A stretch of DNA of 64,000 nt from Chrysemys picta bellii (taxonomy: Eukaryota). The position numbers and the translations under genes were made by a program. The notes beneath the pieces are model-generated. The model searched no databases. It saw only the letters and a list, made by a program, of their open reading frames with translations, and was not told the DNA's origin. The stretch is taken from contig NC_088802.1 in assembly GCF_011386835.1 (NCBI RefSeq), forward strand, positions 22,072,001-22,136,000, written 5' to 3'. Positions 34,268 to 47,170 of this stretch are shown here, one piece after another (position 1 is the stretch's first letter; every line of letters starts with the position of its first letter).

Positions 34268-37200
34268 ATCTGTGTTTGACTAAATCCTATCCTCCAGGAA
34301 GGCACCCAGTCTGAGTTGGTTCTGATAGTTAATCACCATCACTGTTAAAAAGATGTGCTAAATTTTTAATTTGAATTTGAGCTTCTTGCCCTTGGATCTC
34401 ATTATTCCAAGGTTAAGCTCCTCAGCCACTGAAGCACTTTAGAAAAAAGTCCCCACAATGAATAAAAATGTAATAAAAACCCAGGTTGCTTGTGAGCCAC
34501 CTGTGGTCAAATATTTATTGAAATTCTTTGAGTAATTTTAAATGAGTGCATTTATGAACGTTATGTGGTTCTGCAGGGAAAAAATTGGAAAAAATCACTG
34601 TATGCATCACTTGCTTTAAATTATTCAGCCATCTCTATAGACGTTAGCCTTGTTTGACCTTAGTATGAAGTTTGTATCAGTTGTGTTCACCATTTTGTGC
34701 TCTCACTTACAATGAACATTCAGATTACAGTGGGACATATTCAGGCTATTCTAGCACTGAGGCTAGAAAGTGAAAATGATGAGACATAATAGCTCATTTA
34801 TTTAATATTCAGTGTGTGGAAGAAAGCAGGGTTGTGAAGTGTTATCATCTTAAAAGGCAATAAAAACTCACCATTAGGAATAACAGACAAGATTCTAACC
34901 TCCAGTTAACCTTGTGCAAATCTGGAGTAACATCGTCAGCTTCAGTAAAGTTATTCCAGGTTTACCAATGGTGTAAATAAGATTGCAACGTGGCCCAATA
35001 TCTCTTGCTCTCAGCAGGGCATAAATTTCCTTTCTTATTTTCTTCCCTTTGCACACTAGAAAAAAAAAAACCACAGAGTAATCTTGCAGACACATTTGTT
35101 TGCCAGGCAACAGAAATACTCTGATTCTGCACAGTGCACATTTCTGTTAGAGTAGACTCTTGTGAGAATTGACAAGCCAACATGTAAGTATATGTATCAT
35201 ACAAAAACTATCTATCTATCTACCTGCCTTAGGAATTTTTTCCATACTCATCAATGGGGGCCAGCTAAGTACATTGAATATTGTGACTCTGTGAGAGGGA
35301 CAAAAAAAAAATCGGATATACACTCCAGCTGAATTGCGAACACCCCAGGGCAGAACCAGAAATCACTCCAAAGTGACTGTCACACTGAGCAGGCATGGCT
35401 TACACTTGAACTAAGCGGTTTCACTAGCCTCCATCCCACACCATGCACCTGTCAGCATGGCTCCCTGGGGCTCCTCTCCAGGCAATGACAGCCCCGTGAG
35501 AAGCTGGGCCCAGGGACGTATCACAGGGGGAGGCGGGCGGGGTGGAGGGGTTGCTCAGAACTCACGGGGACCGTTTTCAGGAGGGAGGCAATACTCATAC
35601 GTGCAGCCTCCCACTCCCTATAGCAGTCGGTGGTCTCCACGGGCGCTCTGCCCACCTCACTCCCCCTCTGTGTGGTTGCATCAACCATCAACCCCAGTTA
35701 CCCTCCCCTGCCCAGGTGCGCTGTGCTGTCTGGCGGGGAGTCTGCAAGCAGGGACCATGATCAGGGGAGGTAGAAAATCCATGTTGAAATCATAAAAATC
35801 TGAATTTTTTACTGGATTTTTTAAAACCTGGGGATTTTTTGGAGGTTTTCGGTAAACAATGAAAGAGAAGAGCCTTATTTTTAAGGGAGCAGCCAATATT
35901 TCATAATCATGACTCGTGAATTTGCAAGCCTCCTTTTTTAGCTGTTCAGCTTGAGATGCCTGTAAAGGCCCTGAAGTACTGAGCACCCTTCTTTTGAAAA
36001 CTGGGCCAATTTAATGTGTCTCAAGTTCAGCATCTGAATTCACCAGTTATATTTGACAATCTTGGCCAAAACATACACTAAATTAGTGTGCAAGAGCCCC
36101 CAACCCCCCGTCACCATTAAATATTGAACAGATTCTGCAAGGACCTTGCTAGCAAAGTATTTCAGTGGGATTGCTGGTGGAATAAGGTATTATATACTGT
36201 TCAGTGGGATTTATTTATGGACCACACTGCGATACCCTAACACTCAGAAGATCTGAGCTTCAAACAGAAAGTTGGTCTAAAGCTTAACTAAAGAAAATCT
36301 GGCAGGAGACCTTTTCAAAACTGCAAATGGGAGTTTAGTGCCCAACTCCCATTGACTTATCAGGGATTTGGGCACCTGACTGCACCTTTATGCCTTTGGC
36401 ATTCGTTCCTAATCATACTAAATAGTAACACTCCCATGGACTTCACTTGCACAGGATTGGAGCCCTGGTGCTTTTCATCTTCAAAGTGATCCAGACAGTT
36501 TAACTTATTACTTCTCACAAAGTGCCTGGGTGGTAGGTGTTGTATAACCCAGCATTAGGAAGGTGGAAGAAGGATGAGATGAGATAATGCAGCATTTTCT
36601 TCTTTATAACTTAATTTTGTTTTAATGAAAATGAGTGGAGGGGAAACAAGGATCCATTTATCTGTGTGATGGTGTATGACAAGTTGGAATCTCTGACATG
36701 ACATCTTCATTCAGGATTTCAAGGAGTGGGATATGGATTCTGCCATCCATCTTGCAGCGCTCTCTCTCCCCCTAATTCACCTCAGTTCTCTCATTAAAGA
36801 GACCTGTATTTGCCTATGAGGACACCCCAATTCTGCTCTCCCGCTTGGTTCACTGTGTCGGGGATCCATTGCCAAAAGTGAACCTGATTTATGCCTCACA
36901 CGAGAAGATGAGATATCCTTGGCAATTATGCTGATGGGCATTTTTTCATCACTTGCAAGGAAAAGTTAATTGTATATTATATATATATTCTTGGTTTTCT
37001 TTAATTTCTAAATTAATAGAGTTAAACTTTAGATCTCAGAGGGGAAAAATGTAACATAGTGTCAGGCTGAGGAGAAGAGGGGACAATTGGACCAGGGCCC
37101 TGACCTCACAGGGCCCCCCCTGAGCATCTGTAACTGGGGTGAAATGGGAGGAGGTGGGGTTCCAGAAACAGGATGTATGGTTGATGGGCCTGAGAGGGAA

Positions 37201-37716
37201 ACGTCTAACCTCAGGAAATCTGCCTCTTAACCAGATGCTCTGCTTATTGCAAAATAACAACTCACAAGTTTAAACAGTAAACTTTAAGGGCCCAATCAAT
37301 CATGCTTCCTGCACATCTGGATAGATTCATGGGGCTTGATTCATGAAGAACTTAGGTGCTGCAACACTCAGCAATCCAACATCTAACTTTTAGGCACTTG
37401 GGAAAATCACTGCCCTTCACAAAGCCTGAGCTTGGCACCCCAGCTGCCTATACAAAGAAGGGTGGGAGAGAGAGATACCTAAGAAGGGGAGCCATAAAAG
37501 CCAGCACACTTGGCAGGGTGCCATCTAAACTAGCTAGTGGGAGATGCTAAGCCAAGAAGTGCTAAGCCCCACCTCTCCCAGGGAGTTGAGTGCCTAAGGC
37601 CTGATCTACACTGGGCGGGGGGACGGGGGAGGGGGGTCATCGATCTAAGTTATGCATCTTCAGCTACGTGAATAGTCTCATTGCTCTCATTTGTAGGCAA
37701 TACAAATAATTGCTTG

Positions 37717-38091
37717 AGTGCTGACCCAGCCCAGTGTTACTGGTAGCTTGTTACAGAGAGTGAACTTCAGGGATCTTGTCCCAAGGGGAATAAAACAGCA
37801 TTTAAACCATTCTCAAGAAATCAGCTTTAGTCTTGGAGGCAGTTCAGGAAAGGCTCTTTGTTCCACTCCCACAGATAACGCTACACACCTTGAATGGTTT
37901 CACTGCTCCAGGTAAAGGGTCCAAGGATCACATCCATAGACCTATTGGATGTCTTGAGATGCTCTATCCTGGATGCAGATAGACTAGATAGTCTACCTAC
38001 CTACTTATTGATTTGGCTAAGAAAACAGAGAAGATCACAGGTCAGAATGATCTCTCCATATTTATAATCCATGTTTAAAAGGCAGGTGAGT
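37717..38091 (+). promoter_or_regulatory. Putative OR promoter/first exon module, copy 3
   Basis: Very close to copy 1; EBF-like TCCCAAGGGG at 37779-37788; donor CAG|GTGAGT at 38085/38086. Confidence 0.6.
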
Positions 38092-38812
38092 TGATTCATA
38101 TTCTTATTAATTTTAATCTTTCAATTTCAAAGGACCAGATTCTGCTCCACTTATCTAGGGGTGGGTCTCTCTGCAGAGTCCCATTGACTTCTGTCTGGAT
38201 GCCACACACTGCTCACACAGATAGTTATAGCACAGAGGCCGTGGCTGGCAACCTAGCTACTATATGAATCATCTAGCTCTCGATCTTGCTCTCAACAACA
38301 CTGAGACAAATGAGATCAGTTGGTGCATGTCAGCAGCAGTGTGTGTGTGTTAGGGGGCAGTGAGGTTGGGGGCAGGGCATTCTCTGGAGATGGCACTTAT
38401 GCAGATTCTGTGCAAAGTGAACTCCAAAGCTGTGACATTCAGGTTCTAGTGCAGGATCTCTTTGTTTGAGCATTAGTCTGATGAGCTAATAATAGGGAAA
38501 AGATTTAGATGCTCTCTTGCAAACATTTGGGTTTAAATATTGATTTGGTGTTGGACAGGACACTGGGTTCATTTCTATTTCCAATAAACATCAAAGTCAA
38601 AATAGCCACTCGCTTCCAAGAGGGCAGGACAGATTTTCTTATGTATGAGCAGCCTGATATTCAGATTTGCAGGACACTGTGTCAAAAGCCCCATTTGATC
38701 AGACTTTCAAAGTAACTTTAGTGATTTTTAGGCACAAAAGTACCATTAATTTTCAGTCAGTCCCTTTTTCAAATTATGTCAGCATGCCTAGATAGTTTGT
38801 GGGGCACATTCC

Positions 38813-41800
38813 TTTATTATGATCATTATTAATGTCTCTCAGTATCACATAGGGTGGATTTTTTAAAAAGGGAAAGAAATAGCTTTCACAACATACTAAA
38901 TCTTTAAGCTTAGAAAGAAGAAAGCTGCTGTCTAAAATATATCCCCATGTGTCACCAATAAATCCTGGCTGAACAGACTCTGTAGGTTTGGGTAGTCAGG
39001 AGTCTTGTTAAACCCTCTTCAGAATTCCTGCATTTCAGGTGCTCAAATTCATTCATGCTCCTTTGACTTTCCTTCACGTTATCACAGTGCCTAAGAGCGT
39101 TGTCTTCTGGAAGTCACTAGCCATAATATCTTCCACTTCTAACGTGTTCTTGAGCTGCTTGTTCATGCACTGCTGGGGTTGTCTATGTTCTAGTTTTCCA
39201 TAACTGCTCCCCTTCGAGGCAGAGTTCTTTATACTTCCCCATCTTCTCTCCTTGTTTCCTTTTTATGTTTCTGTCTGCTGGCACGGCAACATCAATGAAC
39301 ATGGGCTTGTTTGTTGTCTTTTCTACAACTATGTGTGGCCTGTTTGACCACACCATTTGGTCTGTGACAATTGCCAGATACCATAAATCTTACCCTCTTC
39401 ATTCTCTAGAGCGCTTTCAGTTTGGTGTTCGTAATAGCACATAGTTTGTGGTAAGCATGGATTTGTATAGAGTCTCTAGTGCAGACACTTGGCAACCTCA
39501 CGGTGTCTGTTCATATATTCTCTCCCAGATAGGCTCTAGCAGTTGCTCAACACATGCTCCACCACCTCTTCCTTTTTACAACACATTCTGTGACTCGGGA
39601 AATAGTTCTGTCAGTCCATTTTACTTCTTACATAATAAAGCCTTAACGACTTCAGTTGTCCCCTCATAATGAGGCTCTGTCTCTCTTTTTGAGGGAAACT
39701 TCTGCAAGCCATGAATTTGTTAATCTTCTGTCAACAATAGATTCGATCTCTATTGACCACTAATGTGCATTGATTTCTGTGTAAATCTTTCAAGTCTTTT
39801 ATTTATTTATTGTTTTGTTTTTCAGCAATTTGCTTTCTCCTTTCTTTCATGCTTTTGAGGGTTTGGATGCAGCTCAGTCATTGCTTGTTATCATGACCAG
39901 ATGATCTTTTCTCAGGTTGACTCCTCATATTTTGATATTCTAGTCTTCATTATCAATAGCTTTTTCCACAGATAGCAGAGTTTTCCTTCATCACATCGTG
40001 GGATGTATGTTCTGTCAATGCCTTGATTGCTATGCAATACGCTAGGCATCACCAGCAGCTGTCTTCTTTGGATGTCAATTTTTTTCTTCTCCTCTTGATT
40101 CCACCCGATCACTCCAGCAATATTCTGTACTTCTGGAACCCCCCACATATTAATGGCTCAAATGAAATCTTAGACTTGAGTTTTGTCCATAGAGTAGTTC
40201 TTATACATCTGTAATATTCTTTCCTCACTTTTTCTTTCAGTTTCTTATGTTATAGCTCTGACAGTTTCCCTCATGGGGACATGCTGAAATATCATGGATA
40301 GTTCCTTCATTGTAACTTGTATGTCATCAGATTGTTCCAGTCTGGCCATCTTTACAGATGCTGACACATAGTTAGCAAAGCCAACCCGTAGCTTTATATC
40401 TTCCCCAAACTTTTCCACACATCATCAATCTCTGTAGCTCCTTTTTGTGACTGTTCATGTAGTTTCAGCTTGCCCAGGTCTAACAAATTAACTAGTTGTT
40501 GATCTTTGCTGATATGACAATCACAATTTATCTCAACAAGCATCCATGTCAGCGGCAGCATCGCTAAAACAGACGGCACTGGTGCTAAGAAATCCTCTTG
40601 AAAGATTGCTTTTAATTTGGACCTTTTGAAGAGTCCCTTTTAGGTAGAGTCGAGTGTTCCAGTTAAGCATAGATTGCTGCAGAAGGGAAATGATTTTTGG
40701 ATGAACCTTGACACTTTCATTGTGTGCAGTGTCCCACATTCATGGATCACAGAAGCTACAAAACAAAGAATGAGACCATCTAATTTTTTCTGTGATCCTC
40801 CTAGAAAGCCTGAGTTGGTCTTTTGTCCCTTTCATATTTACTGAGCTTTTTGCTCAGGAGGCAGCATTCCATTGCAAGCTAGCTCTAGCCAGATCTTCTT
40901 TGCCAGATTTGTTGATAGAAATTTTCCATGTAGTTGGTCAACCAACCGTGTTTAATCTATAATTCATAGGATCACTGCGGCTGCTTCCTCCTCCTCCTTT
41001 TATTTTTTTGGTACCAGGAGTGTTGTCCCTGTTACTATCTATCTTGGAAATCTGTTCTTATGTTGTTCAAGCAAACAATCAATCCGTGTTGTAAGGCATT
41101 TCAGCCAGAATCCATGCATCCCATCTGGTTTGGGTGGCTGTCAATTTTCTATTCTTCTCGGTACTTCATCTGTTTCTTTCTTTGGTCTTTGTGTATTCCT
41201 CTGCGCTGTGGCTTTCTAATTTTTTCTCACATTTTTAATCCAGTCTGCTGTCTGATTATGTTGTTCATCCTCAGACCAGATTTCCTTCCAGTAGTGCTGA
41301 AACTCTTCCACATCATTTATTGGCTCTCTATTTTTCCTATTCTGCTTTTAACATTAATCAGATCAAAATCTCCTAGGGTCTCTGAAGTGACTCTTCTCTT
41401 GATACTAAGAACTTTGTGGGAAATCTTTCAAGTCCATGACACTGAGTTGTCAGCTTCTCTTTACATTGTTCCTTCATAACTCTCATATCCTTTCATTCAG
41501 CTGATATTTCATCTTCAGGCTGTGTGCTGCTCTTTAAATATATAATATAATATAATATAATATAATATAATATAATATAATATAATATAATATAAATCAA
41601 TAAATCCTTCATATTTCCTGTACTTTCTTTGGGGGCTGCTACACTCATATTTGTCCTCATTTTTTCTTCCATTTGTGGCTTCTGTTTATCTTGTATCATT
41701 TGCTTCTACCAAAATGTTTGCAGGTGGGTCAACATGACTAATCTCTCTTTTCAGGCTTTCAATCTCCATTTCTGTAAATACTCCTCTTTGCAATTAAGCT

Positions 41801-42380
41801 CTGTTGTCCAGTGAGTATATGCTCAGTCATTACTTTCTCAGTTTTTCTTTCCTTCAAGTGTTGGAGCATTCATTTTTCTCCAGGCTCTCTGTTCTGGTTT
41901 TGCCAAAATCCAACCTTAGATCACTTCTTGGTTTGTACTACAAGTCCTTTTCAGTCTTTTGTTGAAAACTATTTCTGGTTTCCTTGGATTGTTTGGACAG
42001 CTGCATGATATCCACCTGAGGCTTCCTGCTTCCACACAACACACCTTGCCAGTGGAGGAGGCTGCCATACAGCTAAGCTCTTCGGAGGCCCCCTCTATGT
42101 AATTCAGAATAATTATCAAGTTGCCTGTATTCTCTCTATTTGGTTGGGTTGTCAGTCTATACAATATGCTGGGTCCTAAACCAGTATTTCTAGGTCCCTG
42201 GGGTTTATTATTTATTTATTTATTGGCAGTGGAGGAGCTTGTCATACAGCTAAGCTCTTCAGAGGCCCTCTTTATGGCATTTGTAATATTTATCGATTTG
42301 CCTGCGTTCTCTGTATTTGATTGGGTTGTCAGCCTATGCCCGAACCAGTATTTCTACGTCTTGGGTGTTGTTATTATTAT
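38813..42380 (-). mobile_element. R4/Dong LINE copy 3, near full length, decayed
   Basis: Collinear with 2102-5880; TTA-rich at both ends; boundaries set by the empty site at 56259-56292. Confidence 0.75.
41541..41595. repeat. (TATAA)11 microsatellite
   Basis: Direct reading. Confidence 0.95.
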
Positions 42381-42446
42381 AGAAATCCTAGATATTGTAA
42401 TAGAGATGAATCCAATAATATGCCATGGATATTAAATACTCTAAAA

Positions 42447-42576
42447 CAGTGGTTTTGAACCTGTTGTCCACAGACCCCTGGGGGTCCGTAGACCATATCT
42501 AAGATTTCCAAAGGGGTCTGCACCTCCATTCAAATGTTTTAGGGGTCCACAAATGAAAAAAGTCCAAAAGCCACTG
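42447..42576. mobile_element. hAT-like MITE (same insertion as 20416-20538)
   Basis: cagtggtttt...ccactg; decayed TSD ctctaaaa/ctctataa. Confidence 0.8.
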
Positions 42577-43258
42577 CTCTATAAAAATTACAAAATGTAA
42601 TAGACAAAGATGTACTTATAGAATTGGCTAGATCCCCAGTGGGTGTGACTCAGCCATAGCTCCATTTGAGACAATGGGCCAGATCCCCAGCTGGAGTAAA
42701 AACAGCTGTATTCTCTGCTGATGTAAGAGGGACAGATGAAAGAGTTATTAGGCCAGAGAGAAACAGCAAGTGAGCAAATGACTTTATAGTCTGCTGGTTA
42801 GGGCCCTCACCCTGGATGCAGGAGATCAAGTCCCCTTTCTTCAATGAATTTTATTATTTAACCACAGTGGAACAGATTCAACAGGAGAGGCTAAGCGAGG
42901 CCCTCATCAGACTGTCCCATAGTCCCAGCCTGGTGGGGATTTTGTGACTACCTGTCGGGCCTGATTTTGCAATTTAGGTGCTTAAAGTTGCAGTTACACA
43001 AGAGGACTTCGGCCCCAATCTGGCATATTTTGTCTCTGTACAACACACAAATTCCAACCAGGGCATTGCTGTCTATTTCTCTAAATCTTATATATATATA
43101 TATATATATATATAGTACAGGATAGAATAGGGCTCTCTTTGCATTCATCCAACTGAACAGATAATCTCTGCATGCCATTTTAGTTCACTTATGCTGTGTT
43201 AAATTACATTTATTTATTTATTGGTCTTACAGGTCACAGTTTTCCCAAATAAATATCA

Positions 43259-44191
43259 ATGGAAAATCAAACGACAGTGACCAAATTTATTCTCCGGAAA
43301 CTTTCCAGTGACCCACAGACGCTGATTTTCCTCTTCTCGATGTTTTTAGTTATTTACCTTATCACTCTGGGTGGTAACATAGTGATCATGGTGGTGATAA
43401 GGGCTGATTCTCACCTTCACACCCCTATGTACTTCTTTCTCTTCCATTTATCCTTTGTTGATATCTGCTATTCCTCAGTCACGGTGCCTAATATGCTGAT
43501 GAACTTCCTAGCAGAGCACAAAACTATTTCTGTCAACGGCTGCATTATCCAGATGTTCTTCATCCTCCTCTCGATTGGTGCTGAAATTTTCATTCTCTCA
43601 GCGATGGCTTATGACCGCTACGCTGCCATCTGTGACCCATTGCGTTACATGGAGAGAATGAGCAAAGGGATCTGTGTTCAGCTGGTGAGTGGGGCATGGA
43701 CAATAGGCTTCTTCCATGCCCTGCTTAACACTGTTTTTACCTCCAAGTTGCATTTCTGTGGGCCCAATCAAATCAACCATTTCAGCTGTGAGCTCCCTCC
43801 TCTATTACAACGATCCTGCACTGACACCCTCACCAATCAAGTGGTGCTTCTTACTTCTGTTGTGGTATTTGGGTCAAGCTCCTTCCTCCTCACGCTGATC
43901 TCCTACATCTACATCATTTCCACCATTATGAGGATACGCTCTGTGGAGGGCAGGCGTAAAGCCTTCTCCACTTGCAGCTCACACCTTATTGTGGTTGGTT
44001 TATGGTACCTGACAGCCTTTTTTCAGTACACAAAACCCAGCTCAGTCTCCTCTGTGGTTCTGGATGAAATATTCTCCATCCAGTACAGCATCTTGACCCC
44101 CATGTTAAATCCCATTGTCTACAGCCTGAAAAACAAGGAGGTGAAAATAGCACTAGGGAAAATGTTGGGGAAATTGAAGTTTCTCAAGTAG
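43259..44191 (+). CDS. Class II olfactory receptor, 310 aa, intact (paralog E, closest to B)
   Basis: Full OR motif set; candidate acceptor tacag|g at 43232/43233. Confidence 0.95.
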   Translation: MENQTTVTKFILRKLSSDPQTLIFLFSMFLVIYLITLGGNIVIMVVIRADSHLHTPMYFFLFHLSFVDICYSSVTVPNMLMNFLAEHKTISVNGCIIQMFFILLSIGAEIFILSAMAYDRYAAICDPLRYMERMSKGICVQLVSGAWTIGFFHALLNTVFTSKLHFCGPNQINHFSCELPPLLQRSCTDTLTNQVVLLTSVVVFGSSSFLLTLISYIYIISTIMRIRSVEGRRKAFSTCSSHLIVVGLWYLTAFFQYTKPSSVSSVVLDEIFSIQYSILTPMLNPIVYSLKNKEVKIALGKMLGKLKFLK

Positions 44192-45139
44192 TGTTGATGA
44201 TCTTAAATTAAATAGTTTTTTAAAATCCAAGAGCAGAGAACTGTGGATAACTTGTGTTTGGGACATTGTCAAGTCAGGTAACTGATGGACACATTGTGAC
44301 AACCTCAGCTGCTCTAAATCAGTGTAGCTCCATTAAAGTCAGTGGGCCAGATCCCCAGTTGTACCATAGTCACTGTAGCATGAGGGCCTGGATCCTGGGT
44401 CTCCTACATCCAGAGTGAGTGCTCTGAGCACCAGGCTGTAGAGTCATTCATACATTTTTCTCTCTCTCCTTTCTCCATATCTCTTTGATCTGGCCCACTG
44501 ACTTCAGGGGAGCTATGGCCAATTTATACCAGCTGGGCATCTGGCCAATTTTATAAAAATCTCTTCATCTATTGATGTCTCAGGTTTTTTTGACTAATTT
44601 GTTGAAACAACTGATATTAAATCGTTATCTTATTGTACTTTACCCTACTAAAATTTCAAGGATTTTTTCAATAATTAATTATAATAATTAGTGGAGCCAA
44701 TGGGTTTATTTCCCAGGTAGGGCTAGATCCACAAAGGGACTCAGGTTTGAACAGGAGAGTTAGAGAGAGACTCCCATGACCATATCCCATTTCCTCATGG
44801 TTGGGGCACTCTCATGGGTGGGGAGAGATCCCCTGTTTAAATCCTGTCTCTTTATCAGGCACTTGAATCTGGGCCCTCCCACATCCTAGGTGACTACCCT
44901 GACCATTGGGATAAAAGTTGAGTGGTTTCCTCCTTCTAATTCCTTCTTCCTTCCCCCAATCCAGCTTTTTGTTAAAAATTTCCTTAGGTGCAGTTAGAGG
45001 GTTCCCAGCTGGGAACCCTCTAAACAGAAGGAGGTGTCTTGCTCCAGGGGACATGGGGACTGAACTCTTTGACACAGGTGGGGTTTAGAACACACCCTTC
45101 TCCTCATCCTCTCCTATTGGCTAGGGAATCACCTATCAT

Positions 45140-45420
45140 GATGTTAGAACATAAGAACAAATGATAGACTATCCTAGGTCAGATGGTCCATCAGACCAAT
45201 GGTCTATCTTGCACAGTATCCTGTTTCTGACAGGGGCCAGTGCCAGATTCTTCAGAGGGAAAAATTAACAGAACAGGCAATTATTGAGTGATCCATCCCC
45301 TGTTGTCCGGTCTCACCTTCTGGCATTCAAAGGTTTAGCGACATCCAGAGCAGGGGGTTGCCTCTCTGGCCATCTGGACTAATTGCCATTGATAGACCTA
45401 TCCTTCATGAATTTATCTAT
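45140..45420 (-). mobile_element. CR1 3' UTR fragment
   Basis: Paralog of 23100-23380. Confidence 0.7.
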
Positions 45421-45567
45421 TTAAAAAAAAAAACAACTGTTTTCAGCACAAGAGAAAGGGAACAAGGGAAGTTAAAATGAAAGCCTGATTTAATATTTTA
45501 TATTTCAAATGCTTTAACTGTTTTGCTGCCTTGTCTATATGTTTAATAAAAGGTTTTAAAAAAACGT

Positions 45568-46547
45568 ATTGTCTACTGAGTGTGGTCATCCTATTTGTAC
45601 AAAGGTATAACTCTTGTATCTGAAACTAGAAATTTGAACTGTAACTCTGAGGGCCTATTGTAATTATGCAAAGTGTGGACCATTAATGGTGGTTTGGAAT
45701 CTTAATGGCTCCCATTAACCAGGACAATTGACTGTAGATGGCTCTATTTGTAGGCAAGCCTTCTTGTGAGTCAGGCTGGGAGGAATGAAGTTTGGGGGGT
45801 TTACAGTGACATGTGATAATGGCACATGAACTGGAATCCATCTTTAACCTGGTGCTTTTCCTTTGAGAGGAGAGGTGGAACAGGAAAAAGTGGAGCCATC
45901 ATGAAGAATCCCCTAGCTAGCACGTGAGCTGGAACAAGAGCTGTACCAGGGGAAAGAATTGTGCCCAGGTCTGGAAGGTGTCCAGTCTGAGGAGAAAACT
46001 TACTGAAGCATCTCTAAGGGTGAGATTATCTGTATTCAGTTTGATTAGAGATAGATTTGCAGATTTTATTTTGCTTGGTGATTTACTTTGTTTTGTCTTT
46101 TACTACTTGCAACCACTTAAATCCTACTTTCTGTATTTAATAAATTCACTTTTTGCTTATTAATTAACTCAGAGTATGTGTTAATACCTGGGTGGGCAAA
46201 CAGCTGAGTATATCTCTCTATCAGTGTTATAGGAGGTGAACAATTTATGAGTTTACCCTGTATAAGCTTTACACAGGGTAAAATGGATTTATTTGAGTTT
46301 AGACCCCATTGGGAGTTGGGCATCTGAGTGTTAAAGGCAGGAACACTTCTGCAAGCTGCTTTCAGTTAAGCCTACAGCTTTGGGGCCAGTAATTCAGACC
46401 CTGGGTCTGTGTTGGAGCAGACGGGCATGTCTGGCTCAGCAGCACAGGGTGCTGGGGTCTTGAGATGGGAGGGAAAGCAGGGGCAAATGTAGTCTTGGCA
46501 CATCAGGTGGCAGCTAGCAGGGGGTTTCTGTGATCCAACCCATCACT
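45568..46547 (+). mobile_element. LTR (5'-truncated)
   Basis: Homologous to 24470-25290; ends ...gtgatccaacccatcac. Confidence 0.7.
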
Positions 46548-46749
46548 GTCTCCCTGCAGACAGATTTACACTCATGCTAATAGTCCAGACTCACACTTAA
46601 TTTCAATAAAATTATTCATGTGTACAACATTCACAGTAATAAAAGCTTTTGTTGGATTGGGCATTATATACCTATTTATATGAGTATTTGTATTTTCACT
46701 AAACCTACCACCCTGAAAAGTGAGATCTGCAAGATGTTAATTAGGCCTT

Positions 46750-47170
46750 AACTTTCATAGGGGTCCAAATTCTGGGCACTGAGGAAGAGACAGGAGCAGA
46801 TCTTGAATACAATGGAAATGAAAATGTGAAGATGGGTGCTTGGAGTTACATGGAAGAACCATGTTTGGAATGAATGAAATAGGGGAAATATGAAGATGAT
46901 ACAAGTTATAGAAAAGCTGAGGGAGTCCGGGAATAGATGGTTTGGCCATGTGAAAAGAAAATCGGAAGAATATATATGAAACAGGGAGTTAAGCTTAGAA
47001 ATGGAGGGTAAGGGAAGGGTTGGCAGACCCAGAACTAGATGGATGGATGTCATACTAGAGGATATGATTAGCTGCAGAGTTTCCAAGGAATAGCATTCAA
47101 GACAGACTGGAATGGATAAGAAGGACGCGAACAGTCAACCCTATATAGATGGGAGTAAGGCTGGAAGAAG
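46750..47170 (+). mobile_element. RTE-clade LINE 3' fragment
   Basis: Paralog of 13790-14250 with shared flanks. Confidence 0.7.

Larger units (their letters stand above)
28279..35300 (+). repeat. Inverted segmental duplication, arm 1 (block X)
   Basis: Reverse-complement homology to 50408-56255, including the OR at 30555. Confidence 0.9.

Noticed and set aside
35300-37700. Unique spacer with GC-rich patch and short ORFs
   Set aside because: Appears to be MITE and SINE remnants; no coherent ORF or structure found.
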